A stretch of DNA of 64,000 bases from Rikenella sp. (GTDB taxonomy: Bacteria; Bacteroidota; Bacteroidia; Bacteroidales; Rikenellaceae), in NCBI GenBank assembly GCA_031551865.1, contig JAVBMY010000012.1:8753-72752 (forward strand). Direction: 5' to 3'. A program made the position numbers and the translations under genes. Below the pieces are notes generated by a model. It was given only the letters and a program-made list of their open reading frames with translations. It did no database searches and was not told where the DNA came from. Shown piece by piece: positions 1 to 9,047 of this stretch. The first letter of the stretch is position 1. Every line of letters begins with the position of its first letter.

Positions 1-2
1 AA

Positions 3-1220
3 CGCGACAGTGTAGGTTTCACCCCGCTGAACTTCACGCTGTTCCCCGTGGTGGGTTTCGCCACCACCTACTGCGCCAACAGCCGGATCACCGACTCGGC
101 CGCCAGCGGCACCGCCCTGGCCACCGGCACCAAGACCACCTTCAGCACCATGGGCATGGACACCAGCCGCACCGTCGCGCTGACCAGCATCGCCGCCGAT
201 GCCAAAAACGCCGGACTCAGGGTCGGCATCATCACCAGCGTGAGCATCGACCACGCCACCCCGGCCGCCTTCTACGCCCACCAGCCCACCCGCAGCATGT
301 ACTACCCGATCGCCGTCGATGCCGTGACCGCCGGTTTCGACCTCTACGGCGGCGCCGGCCTGCTCGACCCCGATCCGGACTATGTGCCCGCACCTGTGAA
401 GACCAAGCCCTCCAAAGCACTTACCGCGCCGAGGAACATCTACGACCGCTTCGACGCCGCCGGATACACCCTTGTGCGCGGCAACGACCCGATCCCCGCC
501 ACGGCGAAACGCGCCGTGCTGACCCAGACCGACAACTACCCCGCCGACGCCCTGCCGCTGGCCATCGACGCCCGCCACGATCCCGAGGCGCTCACCCTGC
601 CCGCTTTGACCCGCAAGGCCGTCGAATTCCTGATGCGCGAGCCCGATAAAGGCTTCTTCCTGATGGCCGAAGGCGGCCAGATCGACTGGTGCGGACACGC
701 CAACGACGGCGCCGCCATGGTACACGAAGTGATGGATTTCAGCCGCGCCATTGCCGTGGCCCTCGAATTCTACACCAAGTATCCCGACCAGACACTGATC
801 GTAATCACCGCCGACCACGAAACGGGCGGTCTCGGGCTCGGCAACGCCTCGCGCGGCTACGACTCCGACTTCGGACTGCTGGCCACCCAGCGCATCTCGA
901 AAAACGCACTGACCAGGCTCGTCGAACAGCAGGCCAACACCTGGGAACGCGCCCGCAAACTCATCGGGGCCAACATAGCCTGCGGCTTCAGCGACGACGA
1001 GTGGGCGCGTATCGAAGAAGATTACGCCAAGTCGGTCGGGAAAGGTGTGGCGACGGCTGTTGCCCTGCTGGCCCGCAAAGCCGGCATCGGTTGGACGACC
1101 GGAGCGCATACCGCCGCCTACGTGCCCGTATTCGCCATCGGCGCGGGAGCCGAACTGTTCGGCGGCCGCACCGACAACGCCGCCATCGCCCGCACCCTTC
1201 GTGGACTGATCGTGCAGTAA
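3..1220 (+). CDS. Alkaline phosphatase (5'-truncated by window edge)
   Basis: Motifs TDSAASGTA (catalytic Ser), HATPAAF, EGGQIDWCGH, TADHETGG, HT. The frame is open back to position 3. Confidence 0.93.
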   Translation, partial: RDSVGFTPLNFTLFPVVGFATTYCANSRITDSAASGTALATGTKTTFSTMGMDTSRTVALTSIAADAKNAGLRVGIITSVSIDHATPAAFYAHQPTRSMYYPIAVDAVTAGFDLYGGAGLLDPDPDYVPAPVKTKPSKALTAPRNIYDRFDAAGYTLVRGNDPIPATAKRAVLTQTDNYPADALPLAIDARHDPEALTLPALTRKAVEFLMREPDKGFFLMAEGGQIDWCGHANDGAAMVHEVMDFSRAIAVALEFYTKYPDQTLIVITADHETGGLGLGNASRGYDSDFGLLATQRISKNALTRLVEQQANTWERARKLIGANIACGFSDDEWARIEEDYAKSVGKGVATAVALLARKAGIGWTTGAHTAAYVPVFAIGAGAELFGGRTDNAAIARTLRGLIVQ

Positions 1221-1275
1221 CAGAAAAAGCATCCTCAACATGTCATCCCGCTCTATCCCTATGGCAACCCAGGGG

Positions 1276-1437
1276 CCGGCGGGGAAGACGGCTCAAAAAA
1301 GGACCCGGCGCGGTGCGAGAGCCTGAGGCTCGGGCAGCATCGCTGCTTTTTTGAGCCGTCTTCCCCGCCGGACTGTTTCCTCAAACCAAACTATCCACAG
1401 GGCCATAAAATCGTCGTTACGATTTTATGGCCCTGTG
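1276..1437 (+). repeat. L-element copy 1: 26-bp perfect stem with conserved loop, followed by 19-bp 'S' hairpin
   Basis: 1276-1301 pairs with 1346-1371, and 1396-1414 with 1419-1437. The loop is homologous to 13120-13150 (minus) and 59119-59163. Confidence 0.9.
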
Positions 1438-1563
1438 ATTTTAAATCTTATCTTGTTTTAGAAACCAAACAAAAACCCGGCACCGATTTTGTTTTGACAG
1501 AAATAATCTGTTACTTTATAGTGGATTTTACTAACCACCCCCTTCTAACACCCTTCAATCGCC

Positions 1564-1812
1564 ATGAACACAATCACATTCAACGAGTTGCGCCGCATCA
1601 AGGATGCGCTTCCCAGTGGCAGCATGAGCCGTATCGCCCAAGAACTCGGCATCGAAGAAGACACCGTACGCAACTACTTCGGCGGTACGCATTATAAAAC
1701 GGGCGAAGGAATGCCCTCCGGATTCCATATCGAACAAGGTCCCGACGGCGGCATCGTCACGCTTGACGACACGACCATCCTTGAGAAAGCCAAAGAGATA
1801 CTCGCTGAATAG
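1564..1812 (+). CDS. Small conserved Bacteroidales HTH-type DNA-binding protein
   Basis: TITFNELRRIKDALPSGSMSRIAQELG..VRNYFGG; helix-turn-helix-like pattern. Confidence 0.8.
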   Translation: MNTITFNELRRIKDALPSGSMSRIAQELGIEEDTVRNYFGGTHYKTGEGMPSGFHIEQGPDGGIVTLDDTTILEKAKEILAE

Positions 1813-1974
1813 CCATCCCCGCACACATTAAAAACACCCCCCCGGGCCCTGCGTCCGGAAACCAGGCCGGGCCCGAGCCCGCCGGAAGCATATCCGGAAA
1901 GCCCCGTACCGAAGGCGACCGCCCGAGGCACGGGGTTTCGCATTTGAAGCCCCGCCCGCAACAGCGGCAGATTA

Positions 1975-1990
1975 TGGCACCGTTCTTGCA
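1975..1990 (+). promoter_or_regulatory. Sigma54 (-24/-12) promoter
   Basis: TGGCACCGTTCTTGCA fits GG-N10-GC, about 50 nt upstream of ATG 2042. Confidence 0.8.
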
Positions 1991-2041
1991 GCATTATCTT
2001 GCGGAAACCGTAACCCTACACACATTTACACACGCACAACC

Positions 2042-2512
2042 ATGAGAATCAAGACTATGCTCTACTCGCTCGCCGCCGTGGCGCTGACCTCGGCAGCGAC
2101 AACCACCACCGCCTGCGCACAACAGGCCAACCTCCCGGCCCCCGTCAAATCATTCATCGAAAAAAACTTCCCAGCCCCCAAATACCGCGAAGTCGAAGTA
2201 GACAGGGCACACAGCGGACGCATCATGTACGACATCGAGCTCAAGGGCGGCACCGAGATCAAGATCGACGACCAGGGCAACTGGCACAAGATCGACTGCG
2301 GCCGCGACGCGATCCCCGTACAAGTCGTCCCGGCCAAGATCCGGGAATACGTAACGGCCAACTACACCGACAAAGTGATCTCCGAGATCGAAACCGACCG
2401 GGGAGGGTACTCCGTCGAACTCTCTCCCTCGAACAAACTCGACGTAGTGACCAAAGAGATCAAACTGCTGTTCGACAGCGCCGGGAATTTCCAGGCCGCC
2501 GGACACGACTAA
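2042..2512 (+). CDS. PepSY-like / BLIP-like periplasmic protein
   Basis: Signal peptide; LPAPVKSFIEKNFP, YDIELKGGTEIKIDDQGNW, VPAKIREYV repeats. Confidence 0.85.
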   Translation: MRIKTMLYSLAAVALTSAATTTTACAQQANLPAPVKSFIEKNFPAPKYREVEVDRAHSGRIMYDIELKGGTEIKIDDQGNWHKIDCGRDAIPVQVVPAKIREYVTANYTDKVISEIETDRGGYSVELSPSNKLDVVTKEIKLLFDSAGNFQAAGHD

Positions 2513-2647
2513 ACCCCGGCAAGCGGAAGCAGCCTACAGCACGGCTAAACCCCGCGCCGGAACACGACCGAGTCCGGCGCATCCGGAACTTCCGGTTCCG
2601 CCCGGAATACGGCCACCAACCGCGGCAACCGCCCCTCACAACCAGCA

Positions 2648-2683
2648 CACGCCGGACAGTACCCCAACGTACTGTCCGGCGTG
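2648..2683. other. Perfect inverted repeat (possible terminator or enhancer-binding site)
   Basis: cacgccggacagtac/gtactgtccggcgtg immediately upstream of the second sigma54 site. Confidence 0.5.
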
Positions 2684-2696
2684 TGGTTTAGAGGGA

Positions 2697-2712
2697 TGGC
2701 ACCATTCTTGCT
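2697..2712 (+). promoter_or_regulatory. Sigma54 (-24/-12) promoter
   Basis: TGGCACCATTCTTGCT, nearly identical to 1975-1990. Confidence 0.8.
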
Positions 2713-2780
2713 TTTTTGCCTGTACAACGGCCATTCCCCGCCGACGGCCAAAGCAAGTCTAACCTTAAACACCTGACCGT

Positions 2781-3224
2781 ATGAAACACCGCAAACTTTT
2801 GGGCCTGGCCGCTCTGGCCGCCGGGATCCTACTCACCGCATGCACCGGTGACCGTAAAGCCGACATCGAACTTCCCGCCGAAACGCGGACCTTCGTCGAC
2901 AACCTGTTCAACGAGCCGGAATACCGGGCCATCGAGATCGACAACCGCTACGACGACGGTACGTGGTACTACATCGCCCTGAAAGACGGCTCGGAGATCA
3001 CCGTAAATTCCGACGGCGACTGGAGGCAGGTATATTGCAGCAAAGGCGACGTTCCGACGCAGATCGTCCCGCTCGAAATCCAGCAATACATCGTGGCCAA
3101 CTACGCCCCCTCGTTGGTGATCACCGGTATCGAGCGCACCGCTGGCGGCGACTACATGGTCGACATCACAGAACGGCAACGGTTGCTGTTCGACAAGGCC
3201 GGAAACCCGAGGCCGGCCCGATAA
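2781..3224 (+). CDS. PepSY-like / BLIP-like lipoprotein, paralogue of 2042-2512
   Basis: Lipobox LLTAC; LPAETRTFV, LKDGSEITVNSDGDW, VPLEIQQYI. Confidence 0.82.
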   Translation: MKHRKLLGLAALAAGILLTACTGDRKADIELPAETRTFVDNLFNEPEYRAIEIDNRYDDGTWYYIALKDGSEITVNSDGDWRQVYCSKGDVPTQIVPLEIQQYIVANYAPSLVITGIERTAGGDYMVDITERQRLLFDKAGNPRPAR

Positions 3225-3250
3225 TCCGAGACCAGCAACCTGAAAACACA

Positions 3251-3285
3251 GCGGCCCGTTACTCATTGCATGAGTAACGGGCCGC
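3251..3285. terminator. Hairpin between convergent genes (likely bidirectional terminator)
   Basis: 16-bp perfect stem gcggcccgttactcat/atgagtaacgggccgc. Confidence 0.55.
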
Positions 3286-3305
3286 CGCATCTGTATGGGG
3301 AACGA

Positions 3306-4313
3306 TCACTCTTCGCACCGTTTGGCCATCCGCTGGGCGATGACGCTGACGATCACCAACTGCAGGGCGTGGTAGACCATCGTAGGCAACAGCAGCAAGC
3401 CCACCGCCGAATGTTCGCGCACCAGCACCTTCGACATCACCGTGCCGTGGACAAGCGATTTTTTCGAACCGCAGAACAAGGCCGTGATGCGGTCGCCGCG
3501 GTCGAAACCCAGCCAGCGCGAGGCCACCGACACCGAACCGTAGACCACCCCGAATACCACCGCCAGTCCGGCGATCAGCACCAGCAGCGTCCACCACGAC
3601 ACGCTTTCGAACATCCCGCCGAGAAAGGATTCGCAAAACGACGTGTAGACAATGGCCACGATCACCGCCTTGTCGAAAAACGAGAGCATCCCGGCATGCC
3701 GCACGGCCCATTCGCCGAGCCTGCGGTTCAGCAGCATCCCCAGCCCGATGGGCAGCACTACTTGCAACAGCAGGTCGAGCAACACCTTGTCGAGCGTGCT
3801 GGCCCCGCCGCCTGACGTCAGGAAAATCGACATCCAGAGGGGCGTGAGCACCACCCCCAGCAAGCTCGACAGCGAAGCGTTGAACACCGCCGCCGGGACA
3901 TTGCCCTTAGCCAGCGACACCATCACCACCGCCGACGAAACGGTCGAAGGCAGGGCGGCCATGAAGAACACGCCGAGCCAGAGGTTCTCGCCGGTGGAAT
4001 AACTGCCGCCCAGGCCGGGCGTTACGCCAAAGGCCCACATTGCCCCGAGGATCAGCAGCGGGAAGAACACGAAGGTAACCAGATGGATTGTAGTGTGGAG
4101 CTTCACGTTGCGCAGGCCCTCGCGGAATTTCGAGGGGCTGAGCCGCAGGCCGTAAAAGAAAAAGATGATGGTGATGCCCCACGAGGCAGCCGCCGAGGGC
4201 GAGAAATCGCCGTGCCGGCTCCCGATACCGGGGGCCAGCCAGGCGGCCAGTATAGCGAGCAGCAGGGCGACGACGAACGAGTCGAGGCCGATTTTGGCCA
4301 GTGGGTTTTTCAC
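3306..4313 (-). CDS. Bile acid:sodium symporter family protein (YfeH/SBF-like)
   Basis: About 10 TM segments; FFFYGLRLS, LPSTVSSAV, GNVPAAVFNASLS, FCGSKKSL. Confidence 0.9.
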   Translation of the reverse strand: MKNPLAKIGLDSFVVALLLAILAAWLAPGIGSRHGDFSPSAAASWGITIIFFFYGLRLSPSKFREGLRNVKLHTTIHLVTFVFFPLLILGAMWAFGVTPGLGGSYSTGENLWLGVFFMAALPSTVSSAVVMVSLAKGNVPAAVFNASLSSLLGVVLTPLWMSIFLTSGGGASTLDKVLLDLLLQVVLPIGLGMLLNRRLGEWAVRHAGMLSFFDKAVIVAIVYTSFCESFLGGMFESVSWWTLLVLIAGLAVVFGVVYGSVSVASRWLGFDRGDRITALFCGSKKSLVHGTVMSKVLVREHSAVGLLLLPTMVYHALQLVIVSVIAQRMAKRCEE

Positions 4314-4529
4314 AGTTATTCTTTACCGGGTTTTCGAAGTTCGGGCAACATCAGGTCAAAAAACGTTCCACGGTCGGGGCGGAACAGAAAGAAAAAAACA
4401 GAACCCGAAAAAGCCTGAAGACCAAGCCGAAACCGGCAGCAAGCCAGGTAGGGATTATCCCGAACAACAAAGCCATAAACCGCCCGGCAAACGATTTACG
4501 GCTTTATGATCGCGCGAGGCGACAGGCCG

Positions 4530-5450
4530 CTACTCCATCGCGATGCCCATCACGTGACGCTCGACTTTTTGTTTGTAGAGTTCGCTGATGCGGATCAGTA
4601 TCGCCGTTTCTTCGACGTCGCCGAAGTCGGGGTTGCGCGCCGTGTCGAACACCTTCATCGTCGGCGAGAGGTTCATATAGGCATTGATCAGCGGGGGGAT
4701 CGTCTCGTCGAAATTCCTGACCGAGCGGGCCAGGATACGGTAGTCTTCCTCGTAGGTGTCGCCCGTGAACAGGGCGCGCATACGGGGTTCGTCGATATCC
4801 ATTTCCACCGGGTAGCGCGAGTGCACCAGCCCTTCTTTGTCCGAGAAATGCTTTTTTAGGAAATAGATCAGCATGTTGCGCGCCTCGCGGTCGTAGTCGC
4901 CGTACATGGTCACTTTGCCGAAAAAATATTCGACATCGGGATTGCGCACGATCAGCGCGCCGAGGCCGTCCCACAGGTTATCCAGCACGAACAGCCCCTT
5001 GAAACTGTTGCGCGCCTGGAACTTAGGCTGCACAAACGAACGGCCCAGTTCGATGATCCGCGGCAGGTAGTCGCGGCGGAACGCATCGCTGAACTCGAAA
5101 TAATGCTCCGTCGAAAGGCATTCCGGGTACTCGCAGCGTGGGATAATAAAGCGGTATCCGCCCTGGATCTCCTGCTCCTCGGGATCCCAGACGATCATCT
5201 GAGTGTAGCCCTGCGGATGGGTGTCCATCTCGTCGATGTCCACGGGGAGTCCCGTTCCGCCGCCGGCATCGCGGAAGGCCACCTCGCGCAGGCGCCCTAC
5301 TTCGCGCATCAGCGCGGGGGCCTCCGCAGCGTGGAACACATAGAGCAGGTTGCCCGCCTTGTTGGTCTTGCGCCACAGCTTCGCGGGCGTGAGTTCGGCC
5401 AACAATTCGCAGCGCGGCACGGGATCAATGATAGGTTGCATTTTCGACAT
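4530..5450 (-). CDS. glsB: GNAT N-acyltransferase, glycine-lipid/commendamide synthase type (GlsB/ChoA-like)
   Basis: EVGRLREVAFRDAGGGTG..DIDE, IVWDPE..GGYRF, ELGRSFV, PPLINAYMNLS. Start moved to the ATG 8 nt after TATATTTG. Confidence 0.8.
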   Translation of the reverse strand: MSKMQPIIDPVPRCELLAELTPAKLWRKTNKAGNLLYVFHAAEAPALMREVGRLREVAFRDAGGGTGLPVDIDEMDTHPQGYTQMIVWDPEEQEIQGGYRFIIPRCEYPECLSTEHYFEFSDAFRRDYLPRIIELGRSFVQPKFQARNSFKGLFVLDNLWDGLGALIVRNPDVEYFFGKVTMYGDYDREARNMLIYFLKKHFSDKEGLVHSRYPVEMDIDEPRMRALFTGDTYEEDYRILARSVRNFDETIPPLINAYMNLSPTMKVFDTARNPDFGDVEETAILIRISELYKQKVERHVMGIAME

Positions 5451-5889
5451 AACGTCTACAAATATACCCTTTTTCAGGGATATTCCCTCCCTCGGGACGA
5501 GCAAGCCGCCGCAGGATACCCACGGGCCGATACAAGTTCGCAGCCAGCGAAGGGGTAACCTCGGAGCCGAAGGCGGCAAATTCATATACTTATCCGCAAT
5601 AATGCACCCTGCCTCTTATTCTTTGCTTTCAGGAGTTGTGGATTTACCCGGGTCGCGCGAGGCGATCCCGGCAGTCCGCCGCCGCCCCATGCGGCGGGCT
5701 GTAATACCCTCCTGCGGTTCGTTTCCGCCCGCCGCCTACGGCGGATAACAAAGGAGGGTATCATAGCGGATAAGCGTATAGATCCGGCCCTTCACCCAAA
5801 GTGGCTGCCCTCTGACGGCCTTCCCAAAGCCGATGAATAAAACTACTGCCCGGAGGGCCATGCCCGGATTTTTATATCTTTGTGACCGT

Positions 5890-6735
5890 ATGGACCCAGT
5901 AGACCTGACCAAAGTATTGGCGAGCAAATCGCCGCGGCTCGCACACCGCACCCCCCGTTTCGTGATCCGGTGGCTCGAACGCCTGGTGCACCTGCCTCAG
6001 ATCAACGAAGTGCTGACCACCTACGGCGACCAGCCTCCCATGGAGTTTATCCGCTCGACCCTCGGTTACATCGGGTTGAGTTACACTGTGCACGGGGCCG
6101 AAAATATCCCCGCCGGAGGGCGCGCGATCTTTGCGTCGAACCACCCGCTGGGCGGTCTCGACGGCATGGCGCTCGCACTCGGCGTCCACGAGTCGCTCGA
6201 AGCGCAGGGCGTCCGGTCGCCCGAGGTCAAAGTGATCGTCAACGACCTGCTGATGAACCTGCGGCCCCTGGAGCCGATCTTCGTGCCCGTGAATAAGCAC
6301 GGCGGCCAGAAAGCCGACTATGCCCGGCAAATGGCGGTCCTCTACGAGAGCGACGCCGCCATCATCACCTTTCCGGCCGGCCTGTGTTCGCGGCTCACCA
6401 AAGGCGAGATCACCGACCCGCCTTGGCACCGCAACTTCGCCGCCAAGGCCTGGGCCACCGGGCGCCCGGTGGTTCCGGTGTTCGTGAGCGGGCGCAACTC
6501 GATGCGCTTCTACCGGCTGGCCCGCTGGCGCAAACGGCTCGGCATCAGGGCCAACCTCGAAATGATCACTCTGCCCCGCGAAATGTTCGCCCAGAAAGAC
6601 AAACACCTCGACATCTGTTTCGGCCGGCCCGTCGAGATCACCAACGAACACCCGCCCCGCTGGTGGGCCTCCGGGATCCGCAAACAGGCCTACGCTCTCG
6701 ACCCGGCGGCGGGTTCGGGAAAAACGAAGAAATAA
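5890..6735 (+). CDS. glsA: Phospholipid/glycerol O-acyltransferase (GlsA/ChoB-like)
   Basis: NHPLGGLDG (HX4D) and FPAG motifs; adjacent to the glsB-like gene; TATCTTTG at 5875. Confidence 0.75.
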   Translation: MDPVDLTKVLASKSPRLAHRTPRFVIRWLERLVHLPQINEVLTTYGDQPPMEFIRSTLGYIGLSYTVHGAENIPAGGRAIFASNHPLGGLDGMALALGVHESLEAQGVRSPEVKVIVNDLLMNLRPLEPIFVPVNKHGGQKADYARQMAVLYESDAAIITFPAGLCSRLTKGEITDPPWHRNFAAKAWATGRPVVPVFVSGRNSMRFYRLARWRKRLGIRANLEMITLPREMFAQKDKHLDICFGRPVEITNEHPPRWWASGIRKQAYALDPAAGSGKTKK

Positions 6736-6749
6736 CCAAGGATATAACC

Positions 6750-7670
6750 ATGAATTGCAAATGGCTATTGCCGGTGTGTGCGTTCTTCCTGTCCACCACC
6801 GTTGCATTCTCGCAGGAAACGCGGCCCGAAAAACAGGACTTCGTATATAAAACGGTCGATGGGCATGACATTTTGGCCACAATCTACCTGCCCGAATCGG
6901 CAGAAAAGGTTCCCGTCGTGGTCTATTTCCACGGAGGCGGGTTCATCTTCGGTAACCGCGAACAAGGGCTGGAAAACGTCCTTCGGGAGAAATTGCTGGC
7001 CTCCGATATTGCTGTGGTGTCGGCGGATTACCGGCTGGCGCCGGAAACCTATCTCGACGACATACTCCGGGACACCCGAGATGCGGTGGCCTGGATAAAA
7101 GCCAACGGGAGCAGCAGGTTTAACATCGACACCAGCAGGATTGCCGTGGCGGGCGGCTCGGCGGGCGGATACCTGGCGATTGCCAGCGGATTCGATGCCC
7201 GGTCTGCCCCCGATGCGATCGTGGCCATTTCCGCGCCCACCGGATTTTCGACCGAAGGCCTCCGACCGGCGGGGGACCCGGCGTTATTGGAGTCCGTCAA
7301 ACAAGGCCCGGTCGTCTCGTACGGCGATTACGGCAGCCGGATGGAGTTGTGGCGCGGCCTTTTGAAAAACGATTTGGGGATGTACGGAGTTTTCGGCTTC
7401 GACCCCGTGGCAGCCCCCCGGAAGCTGGAGCGGTACACTCTGACGCATAATATCCAACCGGGGTATCCTCCCGTGCTGATCGTCCATGCGAAAAACGACC
7501 GCCTGGTGCGGGCAGACGATGCGCGGGCGTTTTATACTTTTTTGCAGGAAAAGGGAATAGCCTCGGAACTCTATTGGGTGGAAAACGGACACGACTCGGA
7601 GTTAATCCGTCAGCATCCCGAGGCGGTGGATGAGATCGTCGCTTTCCTGAGCAGGCAATTCAACCGATGA
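6750..7670 (+). CDS. Secreted alpha/beta hydrolase (HSL-type esterase)
   Basis: Signal peptide; HGGGF, DYRLAPE, GGSAGG nucleophile elbow, D..H triad. Confidence 0.9.
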   Translation: MNCKWLLPVCAFFLSTTVAFSQETRPEKQDFVYKTVDGHDILATIYLPESAEKVPVVVYFHGGGFIFGNREQGLENVLREKLLASDIAVVSADYRLAPETYLDDILRDTRDAVAWIKANGSSRFNIDTSRIAVAGGSAGGYLAIASGFDARSAPDAIVAISAPTGFSTEGLRPAGDPALLESVKQGPVVSYGDYGSRMELWRGLLKNDLGMYGVFGFDPVAAPRKLERYTLTHNIQPGYPPVLIVHAKNDRLVRADDARAFYTFLQEKGIASELYWVENGHDSELIRQHPEAVDEIVAFLSRQFNR

Positions 7671-7721
7671 ATTGTATAACACGACAAAACCGGACAATGG
7701 GCTGACCCCGGAAGCCTACGC

Positions 7722-7998
7722 TGAGAAAAGAGCGGCCACCCCCACGAGGCGGCTTTGCCGCCTGGGGTGGCCGCGGCATAAACTTCGCAATCTTCGCGGA
7801 TGAAAGAAGCGCCACCCTCCGCCCCTTCAGGGCGGGCTCCCTCCTTCGCTACGGATGCCCTTGAGGCATCCTGCGCTCAGTCGATACGGCCCCGGAGCCT
7901 GCCCTGGGCGAAGCCGAACGCGGGGGCCGTTGAGCTGCTCACTCTGCGCCCGCGGCCGCAAAGTTCGGAGAAATTCGGCCGCCTGACGGCGGCCTCCC
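7722..7998 (+). repeat. Modular intergenic mosaic repeat (modules A-B-C-D, with an E-like insert in the C loop)
   Basis: gcggccaccc..ggggtggccgcggcataaac; aaagaagcgcc; ctcagtcgatacggcccc..ggggccg; ggagaaa..ggcc. Confidence 0.85.
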
Positions 7999-8008
7999 CT
8001 TAAAAACC

Positions 8009-8911
8009 ATGACCGACGACTACCACATACCCGTATTGCTTGAGCGCAGCGTCGACGGGCTCGGCATGCAGCCCGGCGGCACTTACGTCGACGTCACTTT
8101 CGGCGGCGGCGGACACTCGCGCGAGATCTTGCGGCGGCTCGGCCGTAACGGACGGCTCATCTCGCTCGACCAGGACGCCGACGCGCTGGCCAACGCCCCG
8201 CAAGACAAGCGGCTGACCCTCGTGCACGGCAACTTCAGGTTCCTGCGCGGCTACGTGCGCGCCGCCGGTTGCGAACAGGCCGACGGCATTTTGGCCGACC
8301 TCGGCGTGTCGTCGCACCACTTCGACACCGCCGGACGCGGTTTCTCGTTCCGGTTCGAGGGGCCCCTCGACATGCGCATGAACCAGCGCGGAGGCCCCAC
8401 CGCCGCCGACATCGTGAACAACTACGAGCCCCAGGCACTGGCCACCCTCTTCGGCCGCTACGGCGAACTCGACAAGCCCTTCCGCATCGCCAACGCTATC
8501 GAGAAAGCCCGCCTCGAACACCCCATCCGCACCATCGAAGAACTGCTGGCCGCCGTGGAGCATTGCACGCCCCGGGGCGCCGAGTCGAAATTCCGCGCCA
8601 AGCTGTTCCAGGCCCTGCGCATCGAAGTGAACGGCGAAATGACCGCCCTCGAAATGATGCTTTCGCAAGCCATCCGGCTGCTTAAACCCGGCGGGCGGCT
8701 GTCGGTAATCACCTACCACTCGCTCGAAGACCGCATGGTCAAAAACTTCATCCGCAGCGGCAACGCCGCCGGGAACATAGAGAAAGACTTCTTCGGCAAC
8801 GCCAGTGCCCCGCTCAGAGCCATCGGCAAAGCCGGAGAACCCACCGCCGCCGAGATCGCCGACAACCCCCGGGCCCGGAGCGCCCGGCTGCGGGTGGCCG
8901 AGAAACTATAG
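8009..8911 (+). CDS. rsmH: 16S rRNA m4C1402 methyltransferase
   Basis: HIPVLL, DVTFGGGGHS, DLGVSS, PLDMRM, FQALRIEVN, HSLEDR, NPRARSARLR. Confidence 0.97.
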   Translation: MTDDYHIPVLLERSVDGLGMQPGGTYVDVTFGGGGHSREILRRLGRNGRLISLDQDADALANAPQDKRLTLVHGNFRFLRGYVRAAGCEQADGILADLGVSSHHFDTAGRGFSFRFEGPLDMRMNQRGGPTAADIVNNYEPQALATLFGRYGELDKPFRIANAIEKARLEHPIRTIEELLAAVEHCTPRGAESKFRAKLFQALRIEVNGEMTALEMMLSQAIRLLKPGGRLSVITYHSLEDRMVKNFIRSGNAAGNIEKDFFGNASAPLRAIGKAGEPTAAEIADNPRARSARLRVAEKL

Positions 8912-9047
8912 CAACAGCGGCGCCTGACTGACGAGCGATAAAGGCAGGCAGGCTGCCGAAAGAACCCGGGAGTGCGCAAACGCACCCGCCCGGCGGGCAG
9001 GCCGCTCCCAAACTCCCGGCTGCAGCACGACATTCCACATCCCGACC

